Source: the human T2T-CHM13v2.0 reference genome, Homo sapiens
Assembly: GCF_009914755.1 (NCBI RefSeq)
Contig: NC_060927.1
Strand: one strand, 5' to 3'
Length of the DNA stretch: 64,000 nt
Below the pieces are notes generated by a model. It was given only the letters and a program-made list of their open reading frames with translations. It did no database searches and was not told the DNA's origin. Numbering within the stretch: position 1 is the stretch's first letter; each line of letters starts with the position of its first letter. Of the stretch, positions 27,501 through 44,993 are shown piece by piece. The position numbers and the translations under genes were made by a program.

Positions 27501-28650
27501 TGGGGAGTTTAGAGAAGATTCTACTCCTCCACTTCTTGTGGAGGGCCTGACTGATGTCAGGCCCACCCGCAGTTATCCGGAGGCCTAACCGTCTCCCTGT
27601 GATGCTATGCTTCAGTGGTCACGCTCCTAGTCCGCTTTCATTTTCCACCCTGTACACCTGGCTCTGCCTTTTAGATAACAGTAGCAAAATTAGTGAAAGT
27701 ACTAAAAGTCTCTAATACGCAGAAATAATGGTGTAAGCTGTCTCTCTCTCTCCCCCCTCTCTCTGCCTTGGCTGCCAGGCAGGGAAGGGCCCCCTGTCCA
27801 GTGGACACATGACCCACGTGACCTTACCTATCATTGGAGATGGCTCACACTCATTATCCTGCCCCTTTTGCTTTGTATCCCATAAATAACAGTGCAGCCA
27901 GGCATTCAGGGCCACTACCAGTCTCCGCATCTTGGTGGTAGTGGTCCCCTGGACCCAGCTGTCTTTTCTTTTATCTCTTTGTCTTGTGTCTTCATTTCTA
28001 CACTTTCTTGTCTCCACATATGGGAGAAAACCCACCGACCCTGTAGGCTGGAGCCTATATCACAGATCTCCAGGGCAGGGTCGCCGTGAAGCCATGTTCT
28101 CTGCTACAGCAAATCAAAAGTACCCTTGGCTTCTGTTCCTAGTAAGTTCCTCATTTTCATCTGAGACCTTCTAAGTCTGGCCTTTACTGTCCATTTTCCT
28201 GTCAGGCTTTTGATCACGAGTATTTAACAATTCTTTACAAAGATCCAAACTTTCCCTCATCTTCCTGTCTTCAAAGCCCTCCAAACTCTCCTGACCTCTG
28301 TTTGCTAGCCCCTTCTGAACTTGCTTCTGCATTATCAGCTATCTTTGTTGCAGCCTGGCAATGTGGTAAAGGAAGACAAGTCCATTTTGAGGGGAAAAAT
28401 TCAAGAAGGCTTCAGATACTTGAATGAAAAGAAGCTGAGTGCTGATTGTCAAGACAACAGGGAAAAGGCCTTGAAGACATCTGATAGCTCCACTTTGCAG
28501 TACTAATATTCTCTATGATCATAAAGAAAAGAGCTTTAATCGGCCCATGATTCTGCAGGACTCAGGAAGCCACCCAATCATACCAGAATATCAAGGGGCA
28601 ATGAGACGAAGGAGGTGGCACACCCTATTATACAACCAGATCTCCTGAGA
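24520..28650 (-). mobile_element. Rearranged MaLR (MST LTR pieces plus MST/THE1 internal sequence), interrupted by LTR13
   Basis: MaLR LTR and internal motifs (CTCATCTGAGACAAGGC, CCTCTGAAGCA, CAAATTTTCCAAACTTT); sequence resumes across the LTR13 TSD. Confidence 0.78.
27058..28059 (+). mobile_element. Solo LTR13 (ERVK/HML-4)
   Basis: 1002 bp starting TGCGGACGGCAAGTCATCCAGGTGCCGAGGCAAGAG; 6-bp TSD TCACAG at 27052-27057 and 28060-28065. Confidence 0.88.
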
Positions 28651-29321
28651 AAAAGGAAACAGGCAGTTTTAGAAAAAAAGGAAAGGGGCAGAGATATATG
28701 TTGACGTAAAGACTTTGAAGAAGAGATCTAGAGATCTTTCCTGACAAAATGTCAACAAAATGAAAGATATGCAGAACCATGTAGAGAAAGGCAATGACAG
28801 AAAAATGTTCATTAGAATCAGAAAACCAACTTAAGTGCTCAGTAAATAAATAGAAAAGTAGCTGTGTTCAGGGCTTCAAAGACACATTCCATTTAAAAAA
28901 AAACTGTGATCAAAACATGAATGCTCATTTTACTCTTTTTAAGTTATGCATATATTTATATATATATAAAATTTATTTCTGTAAGACAGAAGTTTAATAG
29001 CATGTATACTTCATGTATACAACAGAAGGGCCCATGTAAAATGAGTAAATTTCCATGATATGTTTTATATTTAAAAGAAAAAGAGGCAGAAACAAAATAC
29101 AAGCTACATATCAAGATAAATTTTGATGTTAAAGAATGACACGAATAGGTCTCCTTTAAAGAATTTGAATGCAGCAGAGAAGGATACTGCAAAAGAAAGT
29201 TGACCAAAGACAGCAAAAATATCTTCAGAAATTATAATTGAAACTAGATAATGAAGAGTGCAGTTGACATTACATGTTCAAGGCTTTCTCATTATTGTTT
29301 TCAAAATCATTAAAGAATAAA

Positions 29322-29610
29322 TGGCTGGGTGCAGTGGCTCACACCAACTTTTTGAGACCCAGGTGGGCAGATCACAAGGTCAGGAGTTCGAGACCAGCCT
29401 GACCAACATGGTGAAACTCCGTCTCTACTAAAAATACAAAAATTAGCCAGGTGTGGTGGTGCATGCCTGTAATCCCAGCTACTCAGGAGGCTGAGGCCAG
29501 AGAAATGCTTGAACCTGGGAGGTGGAGGTCGCAGTGAGCAGAGAATGCACCATTGCACTCCAGCCTGGATGACAGACTCAGACTCTGTCTCCAAAAAAAA
29601 AAAAAAAAGA
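29322..29610 (+). mobile_element. AluS
   Basis: Alu dimer with A tail. Confidence 0.88.
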
Positions 29611-29838
29611 AGAAGTGTAGCATTTTGGCATTCAAAAAAATTTCAGATTGTGTTGTTTCTTTTTTTATATGTTTTTAATATAAATTTTTTCATCCCAACC
29701 TTGCCCCAGCAGCTCAGCTGACTCCCGCCCCCATGACGCGCATGCCTATAATGTTGTGAGTTTCCAAAATACATTTTAAAATAGATTTCGTTTAATTATG
29801 AAAATGCAGACATAAAATGAATTTGTATCTAGGTTTTA

Positions 29839-30020
<182 letters not shown>

Positions 30021-30045
30021 CTTGAAAAAGAAAGTGTTGCAATAA

Positions 30046-30580
30046 ACATGCACACCTATGTTTATTGCAACACTTTCTTTTTCAAGCCTGAAGAAGAAAA
30101 TGAAGAATTAAGAAAACTTTTTGAGTTAATATCTTATTCACAGTAGCAAAGACTTGGAACCAACCCAAATGTCCAACAATGACAGACTGGATTAAGAAAA
30201 TGTGGCACATATACACCATGGAATACTATGTAGCCATAAAAAGTGATGAGTTCATGTCCTTTGTAGGGACATGGATGAAGCTGGAAACCATCATCTCAGC
30301 AAACTATTGCAAGAACAAAAAACCAAACACCACATGTTCTCACTCATAGGTGGGAATTGAACAATGAGAATACATGGACACAGGAAGGGGAACATCACAC
30401 TCTGGGGACTGTTGTGGGGTGGGGGAGGGGGGAGGGATAGCATTAGGAGATATACCTAATGCTAAATGATGAGTTAATGGGTACAGCACACCAACATGGC
30501 ACATGTATACATATGTAACAAACCTGCACGTTGTGCACATGTACCCTAAAACTTAAAGTATAATAACAAAAAAATTTAAA
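30046..30580 (+). mobile_element. 5'-truncated L1PA (about PA4-5), ORF2 end plus 3' UTR
   Basis: AGACTTGGAACCAACCCAAATGTCC...GTACCCTAAAACTTAAAGTATAAT then A tail. Confidence 0.93.
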
Positions 30581-31597
30581 AAAGGCTTTTATTTGGCAAT
30601 AGTTTTAGATTATTCTAGGTTGCAGATAGTACAGAGAGTTCTTGTATAACCCTCACCTGGTTTCCTCTAATGTTAACATTTTACATAACAATGGTACATT
30701 TGTTGAAATTAACATTGGTACATTACTATTAACTAAACTCCAGACTTTATTCTTAAAAAAAAAAAAAAAGAAAAAAAGAAAGTGTTTAAAATTATTTTTG
30801 TAAAATCTAGAGACCCTGTTCTATCTTAAAAATGTTATTTCTCATAAGTTGATGAATAATATGTATTTAGGCAGGTGTATAAAGCACATTTTATAAACCT
30901 GACGCCAATAAGGACAGATTTCAAAAATAGACACTTTTCTTAAAACAGCTAAAAATGATTTATACTTTCATCATTATCTTTTCTGAAATTTAAGCTGCCA
31001 AAAATGAGGGTTAAAAGTGGGGGTTTTTACACATAAAATACTAAGGGTTAGTAAAAAAAAAAAAAGAGTAGTTATATTTACATTTTAGTTTTTAAAGATG
31101 CTTTAGAAACATTGTCATTAATAGTTAAAGATATTCCAAGTTTTGTTAAATTACATCTTACTAAGATGATTTTTAGAAAACTCTTATCTAGTTCCCATTA
31201 CATTTTTGATCCTCATCTGTCTTCAGGCTGATCTAAATATTCTCTGTTAGTATTCACCCATAGATTTCAGTTTTTTCCCTTTCTCTTAATCATTTCTCTT
31301 TAAATAAAGATTTTTTCTATAATAAAAACATAACTTTTGTCTACTTTTTGTAGATTTTCTATTATCCTGCTTCTCCCCTTCCATTGGACTCTATGACACA
31401 TGGTCTCATCCAGAGATCTATTTTTCATCACTTATTGTGTTTTTTATACCGCAATCTGATTTTTAAATAATTCCAATAAAAAAGTGCAAGGGTCATGAAG
31501 GACTTTATCCTGCTTTACTCAGCAGCAACTGCGAGTAGACCAAATGCTCCCTCTGCTCCTCTGAACCCACTTTATTTCTAAATGCAGCAACCTCTGA

Positions 31598-32491
<894 letters not shown>

Positions 32492-32804
32492 TAATAATGG
32501 CAATAAGGAAATTATCTAAAAATACTATTTAACAGGAAAAAAGCCAATTTTCTGTGAGGAATGATGTATACTTCTCAACTTTCCCAAGAGAAAATATTGT
32601 AAAACGTATGCAATTATTTTTCAAAATGGCAGAATAAAAGCCAGAGTTTAAGAAATAAGTACATTATAAAGGTAATAAAATGGTAATAATTAATTATAAT
32701 AAAAATAAAAAATCAAGCTGTCCACTGAAATTAGTATCCTAAAACAGTTTATATTATTCAACCAGCTACAGATTAACTGTCGACATGTTAAATTCCATAC
32801 ATAT

Positions 32805-32956
<152 letters not shown>

Positions 32957-33140
32957 CTGATAAAATATTTTTGTTATTAATTTTATAAATTGCCTTATTA
33001 TTAAATTATGTTAATATTTAACTCTAACATGCATACTTTGAAAATTATTACCACACACATAGATTAGCTTTCTTTTTCTCATATGTATACATTCTCCTTT
33101 ATTACTGAATTCAGTGAGGAACATAGAAGGTGTTGTCTTC

Positions 33141-33502
<362 letters not shown>

Positions 33503-33935
33503 CTATTCATTCATCTCAGACCCTCAACTCAACCTGAGTTCCTCACACATTCAGTCACCTGTTCAAATCCTTCCAACAGATTCCTATCTCAGAGTAAAAG
33601 TAAAATTCCAACGGCCTTCAAGTCCCTAGATAACATGGCCTCTACCTCCCTCCCTGAGCTCAGCTCCTACAACTCTGTCCCATACTCACTTCATTCCCAC
33701 TCTACATGAACTCTGCCACCCCTCATTAGTCTGAAAATGGGGATTCAATGTCAAACTCACAAATCACAGACAGCTACAAGTATCTTTGTACTGGACAAAG
33801 TTATATCCAAATGACAGTCATGGAGACTTGAAATGTAAATTATGAGCTAATTATTAATAAAAATATTCAAAGTAAATTATAAATACCTACCAGTGGGAAC
33901 ATTAAATCAAATATTTTTTGCTAAAATTTACCACA

Positions 33936-33941
33936 TTTATT
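33936..33941 (-). terminator. Candidate poly(A) signal for the pseudogene transcript
   Basis: AATAAA on the minus strand ~0.9 kb past the large coiled-coil exon; AT-rich context, so weak evidence. Confidence 0.35.
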
Positions 33942-34838
33942 CCAAATTGTGATTTTATAACAAGTAGATGTCTTTAAAATATTAAGTGGTCAGAAAAATA
34001 CATAATGTGAGACTGACATATTTTCAGACTTAAGTCACATTGATATGAATCAAAATAAAGTTATGCCAACTAAAATACATAAAAGAGCCACTGAAGGAAA
34101 AGCACCACAAGACAGAGCAACACACTTCAGTTCATCTGGGAAATCTAGAATTAAGTGTCAAAGTGGCTCACTTAATTGAATCTTAATTTCAAAATACTTA
34201 TTTCAGGTACAAGATATCAATTTATCTGCTTCATTATGGTCTTAAAATGTGACAACATAAAGACATTAAATTTATTATTTCAGCAGTATAAGACTACATA
34301 CTGTATGAACATTACTCTGTAGCTACTAAAATTTCATAGGTGACATAATGTGTTTACTCAAAGGAAAGCATCTGTCAGCTCTACCTTTTATTTCCTGGAA
34401 ACAAGGTATGTTTCCAAGCTGATACAGTAAACATATTTTTTTTGTTTTTTTATTAAAACAGCTTTGCTAAAATATGATTTACATACTACAGAATTTATCT
34501 GTTTTAACATACAGTTCAAAGATTTTTAGTAAATTTACCAGTCGTGCAGTCATCTTTACAATCCAGCTTTAGAACATTTTCATCACTCCAGGATGATCCC
34601 TCATGCCCATCAGCAGTCACGACCCATTTCCAGCCCCAGCCCTACAGAAACATTCATCTTCTTTCTGTCCCTATACATGTCTTTTCTGGATGTTTCATGT
34701 TAATGGAATTATACAGTATGGTAAATACATTTTCATCTATTTATTATTATATTGAACTAGATTCAACATATAGCCACAATGAAATGTTTAAATTTTCTTT
34801 CTGGAAGGTTAAATATATTTATCTTTCTTCATACTTAC

Positions 34839-35745
<907 letters not shown>

Positions 35746-37856
35746 TTAAATAAAACAAAAGAAATTTTCAGCTAGCACTCAATAAAATAACATATCATGT
35801 TTATCTCTGAAGTGAAAGAACAACCTGTACATTCATGCAATTAAAAGTTGCTGTAAGTGGATATCCAACTGGAGAAAAAGTTGAAGCAAAACCTTGAACC
35901 TTAAAGAGCATAAATTTCAAAAAGTTCAAAACTTTATTTGAAGTCAATGAATCCATAAAACTAAAAACACACACATACACACTAGAGAACTGTTAAGAAT
36001 ATCAGAATTGGAAAAGCCTTTCTCTGAATTACAACAAACTCAAAGCATAAAGTAAAATATTAACAAATTTGACTAAATTAAAATATTGGAAAAAGGAAAT
36101 TGCATTTATACTCTGATATCTAACCCAGATACCACCCTGTAGTAAGAGCTTTACCTCCACGTGTATTTGGACCGATAAAATTTCTCAAAGTTTTAGAAGT
36201 TCTGTTTCCCTGATAATATTCTATTGTGATTTGACTCAACATTTTTAGTCAGTTATAAGAATTTCATTTACTAAATCATAAATCTAGACATTGTACTAAG
36301 CACTTCTACGTACATACATTGATGAATTTCTTATCACAATTCTTAAAAAGAGAGGTTAAAAATATAAGCAAGCTGCAGGATGTTCCCAGGGCTTCTGACT
36401 CTACTTCTAGTTCTCCACCAGATCACAGTTACTTCTGTGGTGTAAATATATCAACACAAAAACAGAGAAACAAAAAGACACAGACATAAAATGTGTCTTC
36501 TGTCTTTGTCACCTGGATTCTCCATGAAATAGCCAGATTGAGAGGAGGTGACCTTGTGGGGCTTCAGAAACAGAAAAGAAGCTTTCCCTGTTCTGCACTA
36601 AGCTGTTATTTTCCCCACTGTCTTTTATCCTTATTTTTTCACTTGGATCCTGGGATATCAAAAAAGTGAAGGTGCTCACTGAAATAGAGGAACCAAAGTT
36701 TACCACAACTCAAGGAGCAGAGTGACACTGCTGAGTTGCTAGTGCAGAATCCTAGAAAATGAGATGTTCCCCAAGTTTACATTCAATCACCACAAAAGTT
36801 TATAGCTGGAAGATATACAGAATAGTTGTCTACTCTAGCCCCATTATCTACTTGATAATAGAAGTAAAACCAATAAATATTAAATAATTCACCCAAAGCT
36901 CCTAAGGTGGCATTACCTAGCACTTCATGGCACCAAAAGGGAAGATACAATTACATATTGCTGCATTACATAAATTACCAGATAAATATATCAAATTAGT
37001 CAAATAAATTAAAAGCGTGACTTTGGCAAAGCAATTTAATGCCTCAGAGGATGGCAGGAGGCCTCATCTGCTTTTAAGAAAATCTCTAGATTTTTGTCTA
37101 TCTTTAGAACACAATGTACAGAACTCAGCTTTCCACTATAGAGTCAAATGATAAATATTTGGCTGAGAAGTTATGCTACTTACATGATAAAATCATACAT
37201 GTCAAAACTTACCATATTTTATTAAACAACATAATGTAAAAGTGTGATTCAACAGAAACATTGGAGAGTGGTGATTTTTTTTAAATATGCAAAAGTATAT
37301 GTATTTGTTTCCAAAAATATTTAAAATGGCCATTATGGAATTATAAGTTTAAACAGCTTGAGTCAGACAAATAAACTTGCATGCATGAAAGCACATTAAA
37401 CAGACGCCTTTGGCTGATAATATTTGTTACAAGTCTCCAGGCTAGATACATTTTCATGTCTCTTCTCAGTCATTGTTTCCCTCCCATCGTGTTACCATTT
37501 TATCATTTAAATAAATGTAAGTCATCTTTAAATGAATACAGTAAGAAGAATCTAGAGCTTATTTCTTTAGCAATTTTCTTTATGTTTAGCTGATTCAGAA
37601 GGTCACATGGCATATGGCTAAATTATTTTCCCAGCCCATGTGCCACTTGGAAGACTGATAGTGAGACTCAGGTTGACTAATGAACAAAGATTATGAGAGT
37701 GTTTTCCAGAACTGTCATTTAGATAGCAGCACTGATCTACTTAGACACATAATTATGCATTTAGATAACCACACTGTAACTAGACACATGAGATTTTCTT
37801 GAGTAGAAAACCAGAATGAATCAGATAATTTATAAAAAGAGAAGCAGCAAGTGAAC

Positions 37857-38936
37857 CTCTTTCTTTTTATAGTTAAGCTTTCTTTCTTCAAAGCCAGGAA
37901 CTCTACTTGTAACATGCCCACCTCATTCTTAAGCCTTTGCATATCTTGCTGTAAGTCTTCTTCTAGATATGCTTTTGATGTTCTGTCACTATGGGGTGGA
38001 GAATAACTCACATTTTCTCATGCAGGTTTCATGCTTTTATAGCTATTAGCAGTGGAACTGTCTTATGTGGCTCCCTGAAACATACTTGCCAGTCATCTTC
38101 TAAGCTTTAGAAGAGCTTCTAAGTTCCATATGGCTTGTGGAACAAGTGCTTACTGGATTTTTGTTTTTGTAAGTGTCTGTAACAGCAGAAATACTGTGGC
38201 TTTCTATCTGTATCACATGCTTCATTTCTTTAGAGTAAACAAACCACAAATCAAACAGACTTTTTGGATCTCTAGACTGAGGCCAATGTCTAATGTCTAA
38301 TTTCCAATTAACGGTATTTTGGTTTATATTTTTTTGTCATTTGCATATCAAACTCTTGGTCCTCTTTCATTTCAACCATAACTACTGGGTTCCCTAATTT
38401 TTCTATTTCTGTATCATTACAACAATTCTCTTCATCTCTGAGAAACAGGCTACATGTCTGGATAGTTACAAGTTTTACAGTCTGATTTATTTTCATTTGA
38501 ATAAAGCTTAGAAGATGACTGGCAGGTGTGTTTGAGGGACCCAGAGTATAAATACAATGAAAAGACAGGTTTGTGATGTTCTCCTCCTGTTCAGGCAATG
38601 CCTGGGATACTACAGAGTTCGACACTCCAAGATGCATCTGCTTCCTTGCAGTCAGGGACATGATTCATTGGGTTAGAGGGCACTTCCTTTAATTTTGTCC
38701 CTCTTTAGAGTAACTATGTAAGAGCTCTTCCTCAGGACAAACAGTAATTTTGGATTTTTCAAAACTTTCACCAATTTTCAGTTGAACTTTCTTGTAATTA
38801 ATTTTAAAGGAAGCCCTGAATATACAGATAAACACTCTTTATCACAATTCTTACTCAGTTCTGGTTCTTGAGACATTTTTTTGCAGGTGCAAAAGTGGAA
38901 AATTAATTTGCTTGTTTTGTTTCTCAGATGTCTTTT
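37857..38936 (-). pseudogene. Decayed CCDC144-like exon within the ANKRD18 locus
   Basis: Fragments KMSQEPELSKNCDKE, NPVVMVEMKEDQEFDMQMTK and [27 protein letters not shown] resemble CCDC144A as I recall it. Confidence 0.7.
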
Positions 38937-40100
38937 CTGTTAGGGTGCATGTTTTAAAATTAACTTTATTCTGAATTAAGTATGAATAAAAAAATAGAAA
39001 ATAATTAAAATGTAACTGTAAAACTTAATCTATGTTTTGCTATCCCTAAGTTACTGGATTATAACTAAGAAGTAAAAAATAGTTTGCCTTGGCTTAACAT
39101 AGGAGAAAAACATGAACCAGCAAGCTTAACTCTCACTGTTAGTTTGGACTAAACTTAATTCATTATGAATTAAATCTGCCAGAAATGGGCTCACAGATGA
39201 TATGTAGTATTCTAAAGGCTTTCTCTCTTAAAAGGATTTTGACCTCAGGATACCATAAATAGTGAACCCCTACAGTAAATTCATATTTCTGAAGATTAAC
39301 TGGAGAGTAGGCAAATGCTAAACTATTAGAAGCCAAAATGAACACCAATCAGAAAGAGAATAAAATTTTTAGATTCTACTTCAAATGCTATACTGTAATA
39401 TGAGTGTTATCTAGATAGATTATCCACTTATATCCAGTTCTAATATACTCTAAGTCCCACTAGTGACAATGGATTAAAAGATTTTAATAACATTTACTAT
39501 TTATACTAAAATAAGAAGGTTATTGTTTGTACCCTGATACCAAAGTCCCATTCTGGAAGTCATAATTCTCTTAATAGGCAGCTGGGTTGATTTTATGACC
39601 CCATTCTCTCCCTGAACAAAGACACTGAAGGCAACCAGAAACCAAAAAACAGAAGAAGTCTTTAACCTCAGCACTGGTGACCAGCAACATAAAACTGCAG
39701 AGTCTGAACCACTAGCAACGATGACTCCTTTAACACGAGTTGAACTCAGTGGCCATCACTGTTAAATTGTTCATAATTTCTCTTGCTTAGTAATACAACT
39801 CAATTTTTGATGTTACTTTCTTTGTCATGAAGAAGCTTATAAAAGTAAAAGAGCAAAGAGACTTCTGGAAATTTCTGGCCTCAATTCCAAGGGTACAGAT
39901 AGCTATGAGTTACTGCAGACTGTAAGGATATTTTAAATTTTATAACTGGCTAAAATGTTTTAAAATTAAGTAAGAAATTATGATCTGTCTGTTGGATTCT
40001 AAAAGGACAGTCTAAAAGGTCACTTCTTTTGGACTATGCTGTGTTATTAAAGAAAAACCAACCAACCAATATTAAACCAGAAATTTAAATTGTTACATAC

Positions 40101-40171
40101 CTCTGGCTGTTTATTTTCACTTCTTTCAAGCGTTTCTTGCTTTTCCTCTGAAGCCACTTTTAAGTCGTGTT
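40101..40171 (-). pseudogene. ANKRD18DP: ANKRD18-like exon EHDLKVASEEKQETLERSENKQPE
   Basis: tctgcAG and GTatgt boundaries, peptide homology. Confidence 0.85.
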
Positions 40172-40697
40172 CTGCAGACAAATCCATATGTTTAGTTAAA
40201 ATGAATGACTTAGAACACTTAGATAAAGACTATAATCTTTATAAAAATGGATACAAAATAACATATACTTTTATTTTATAAATGGAGAGTTTAAATGAAG
40301 CTTAATGTTTACTGGAATATTTACATTTTAAAGAAATACTTCTAATTATCTAAAACCTCAACAAACCACTTAAGGAGACACTAGATATCAGCAGGTTCAA
40401 GCCATGCAAAAGTCTCAGGGTCACCCACAAATTATTCCACGCAAAATAAATAAGCAAAACTGCTGGAAACAAAGTAAAATTTAAAAATATAGTAAAAACA
40501 TATAAAGTAATACTTTATTCTCTACTTCATAATAGTATCTTTTCAACAACATGCTAAGTGAGTTGTTATTTACTAATAATTTGCAAAATTTTGTTACCAT
40601 TATACCTTTATTAGTGTATATCCTGATTTTTACATCTGAAATGTTTTCCTCTACTATTCTGACAAATTTATTTTCGTGTTTTAAGACTCTGAATGTA

Positions 40698-41940
<1,243 letters not shown>

Positions 41941-42135
41941 AACACCAATATTTTCAAATGAATAAACTGGAGCTCCATCATTTTATTTTATCATGGATGG
42001 GTGAAAACCTTGTAATAAGACATATGTACTCCATGGATTTGTGACAAGGCAACTATAGCATTAATTATGGCTGAAGCTTCCCTTGTCTCCCAGTCGCTTT
42101 ACATGGTTAAGAGTAGAGACACATAAGTGTCTTAC

Positions 42136-42189
42136 CTTTTGCACCTTCTTCTCCTTTTTACAAATTTGCAGGCTTCATAGCTGTTGTTT
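42136..42189 (-). pseudogene. ANKRD18DP: 54-nt ANKRD18-like exon ETTAMKPANL*KGEEGAK (in-frame stop)
   Basis: tgacAG and GTaaga boundaries. Confidence 0.82.
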
Positions 42190-42427
42190 CTGTCAAACGT
42201 GCAAGTTGTTAGATATTCCTTCTGCAAAACATCACCCCTCTGCCTCCTTACATGGCAAAGTTTCACTCGCTCTGCATGCTTACCCTAAATCCCATCCATG
42301 TTTCAGAAGCTTGTGCTCATCACCACAAATTTAAAGGTGGATGGCATCTCACGAACATAATAAATACCTAGTAAATAATAACTACACGCTCCCAGGTGAC
42401 ATCTATCCTCCATCAATCCTCTACATA

Positions 42428-42692
42428 AGGGGTCAGCACACTGCAGACCACAGGCCAAATCCTGCCTACCATATGTTTTTTCTCAATAAAGTTTTATGAG
42501 AGTACAGTTGGGCCTACTCACTGACATGCTACCTGTGACTGCTTTCACACACAATGGCAGGGTTGAGTAGCTACAACAGAGACCACATGGCCTTCAGCTG
42601 CTTAAATCTTTCTTGAAAAGAGACAGAGAGAGACCACATGGTCTAAAATATTTCCTACTTGGCCCTTTACAGAAAAAGCATGCCAATCCCTG
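42428..42692. mobile_element. MER58 (hAT-Charlie)
   Basis: AGGGGTCAGCA...GGCCCTTTACAGAAAAAG..TGCCAATCCCTG. Confidence 0.75.
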
Positions 42693-42971
42693 AACAGAAT
42701 GCCCTAATTCTCAAATCTAATCTAATGCCTCCCCGGCTCACGATTTTCCAATGAATTTCTAGACCAAACACTGCTGGCTCCCTATCCAAGAGCAGTTCCT
42801 TATTGTTTCTTGCTGGAGAAACACAAATCTATTTGGATATTTATTATCCCAATACCCCTCCCCAGCTTTAAAAGAGAAATGATTATTCTAAGCTAATCAC
42901 ATTTGCTTTCCCAGTGCCTGGTTTAGGAATGAGCATGTGGTGTGACCCAGCCAATAAAATATTACAAAAAG

Positions 42972-43325
<354 letters not shown>

Positions 43326-43822
43326 TTAATAGACACATGTGAAGAAAAGCAGCCCTTGTGAGAACACGATGTTTGGAGCTGTTGCTAAGTAGCCAACCAT
43401 GAAAGGGGAAATGAACAAGATACTGCCAACATTGTAGCTGAAAGAGGAACAAGTGGGACCCAATTATATCACTGGACAATCAAAACAAGTCTGGTTCTTA
43501 CGGTTTTGGCCACGGTTAGTTAGGTCTTCTAGTATTTGCAGCCAAAAGCATTCTACCTGAGAAGTTTCCCCTGGCCTACAGGATAAGATCTACTCATTTC
43601 TATACTATTAAAAGTCTTTTATTAAACTTGTTTCTAGACACAGGTCAAACAACAACAACAACAAAGTCTTTGCTAAGCTTGCCTTCACTGGCACATACTG
43701 AACATAATAAATAATAACTGTAAACTATTTCCACCTCATTGCCAACCACTCCTATACACTTTTTTTGCACTAGTAAATTTGAACTGCTCACAAACGCTAC
43801 AAAGCTCACTCAGGTGTCTTAC

Positions 43823-43876
43823 ATTTTGAAATTGCTCCTCCTTTTCTAAAACTTTCGTTCTTCATGGCTGCTGCTT
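43823..43876 (-). pseudogene. ANKRD18DP: 54-nt paralogous exon EAAAMKNESFRKGGAISK
   Basis: tgacAG and GTaaga boundaries; flanks similar to those of the 42136-42189 exon. Confidence 0.78.
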
Positions 43877-44489
43877 CTGTCAAACATGCAACTTGTTAGA
43901 TATTCCTTCTGCCAAGCATCATCCCTCTGCCTCCTTATTGGCAAAGTTCCACTCACTCTGCATGCTTACCCTAAATCTGACCCAGATTTTAGAAGCTTGC
44001 ATTCATCACCACAAATGTAAAAGTGCCTGGCACATACTGAACATAACGCATACATAATAAATTATAACAATAAGCTCCCAGATGACATTGGACACACAGT
44101 AAGCACTACATAATGTAGTAAATAAAATAAATGACAATGGTATTCACAATCTCCTAAGTGTATTTTTAAAATGTATTTTGTAACATTGGAAAAATGCTTA
44201 GTCCACTAAAGACACATGATAGTTATTTTTTAAGTGGAAAAATGTATGAATGAATTAAAATATTTTTTCTTAAAAATTCTGGTTAAAAAACACAAAAATT
44301 AAATAGTTATCTGTATTCTATTATGAGCACCTTAAAGACAAAAACTATTCAATTCCATCTTTGTCTGCTGCAATTTGCCAAACCTAACTTATAGAAGTAG
44401 TTTGATAAATATGTACTAAATTAATGGTGCCTTTATACAGTTTAGATTGTACAATGCATTAGGCGTTATATTTTTGTTACTGTGAACCA

Positions 44490-44588
44490 TTTTTTTTTTT
44501 TTTTTTTTTTTGAGACGGAGTCTCGCTCTGTCGCCCAGGCTGGAGTGCAGTGACGGGATCTCGGCTCACTGCAAGCTCCGCCTCCCGG
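44490..44588 (-). mobile_element. Severely 5'-truncated young AluY (Ya-like)
   Basis: Only the 3' ~77 bp plus T tract; TSD TACTGTGAACCATTTTT at 44478 and 44589. Confidence 0.9.
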
Positions 44589-44683
44589 TACTGTGAACCA
44601 TTTTTATAATTTTATTATAATTTTTTGAGCCTAGAGTTTGGCTAATGGAATATTTATTAAGATCATCTTTTGCCTAATGGTAA

Positions 44684-44993
<310 letters not shown>

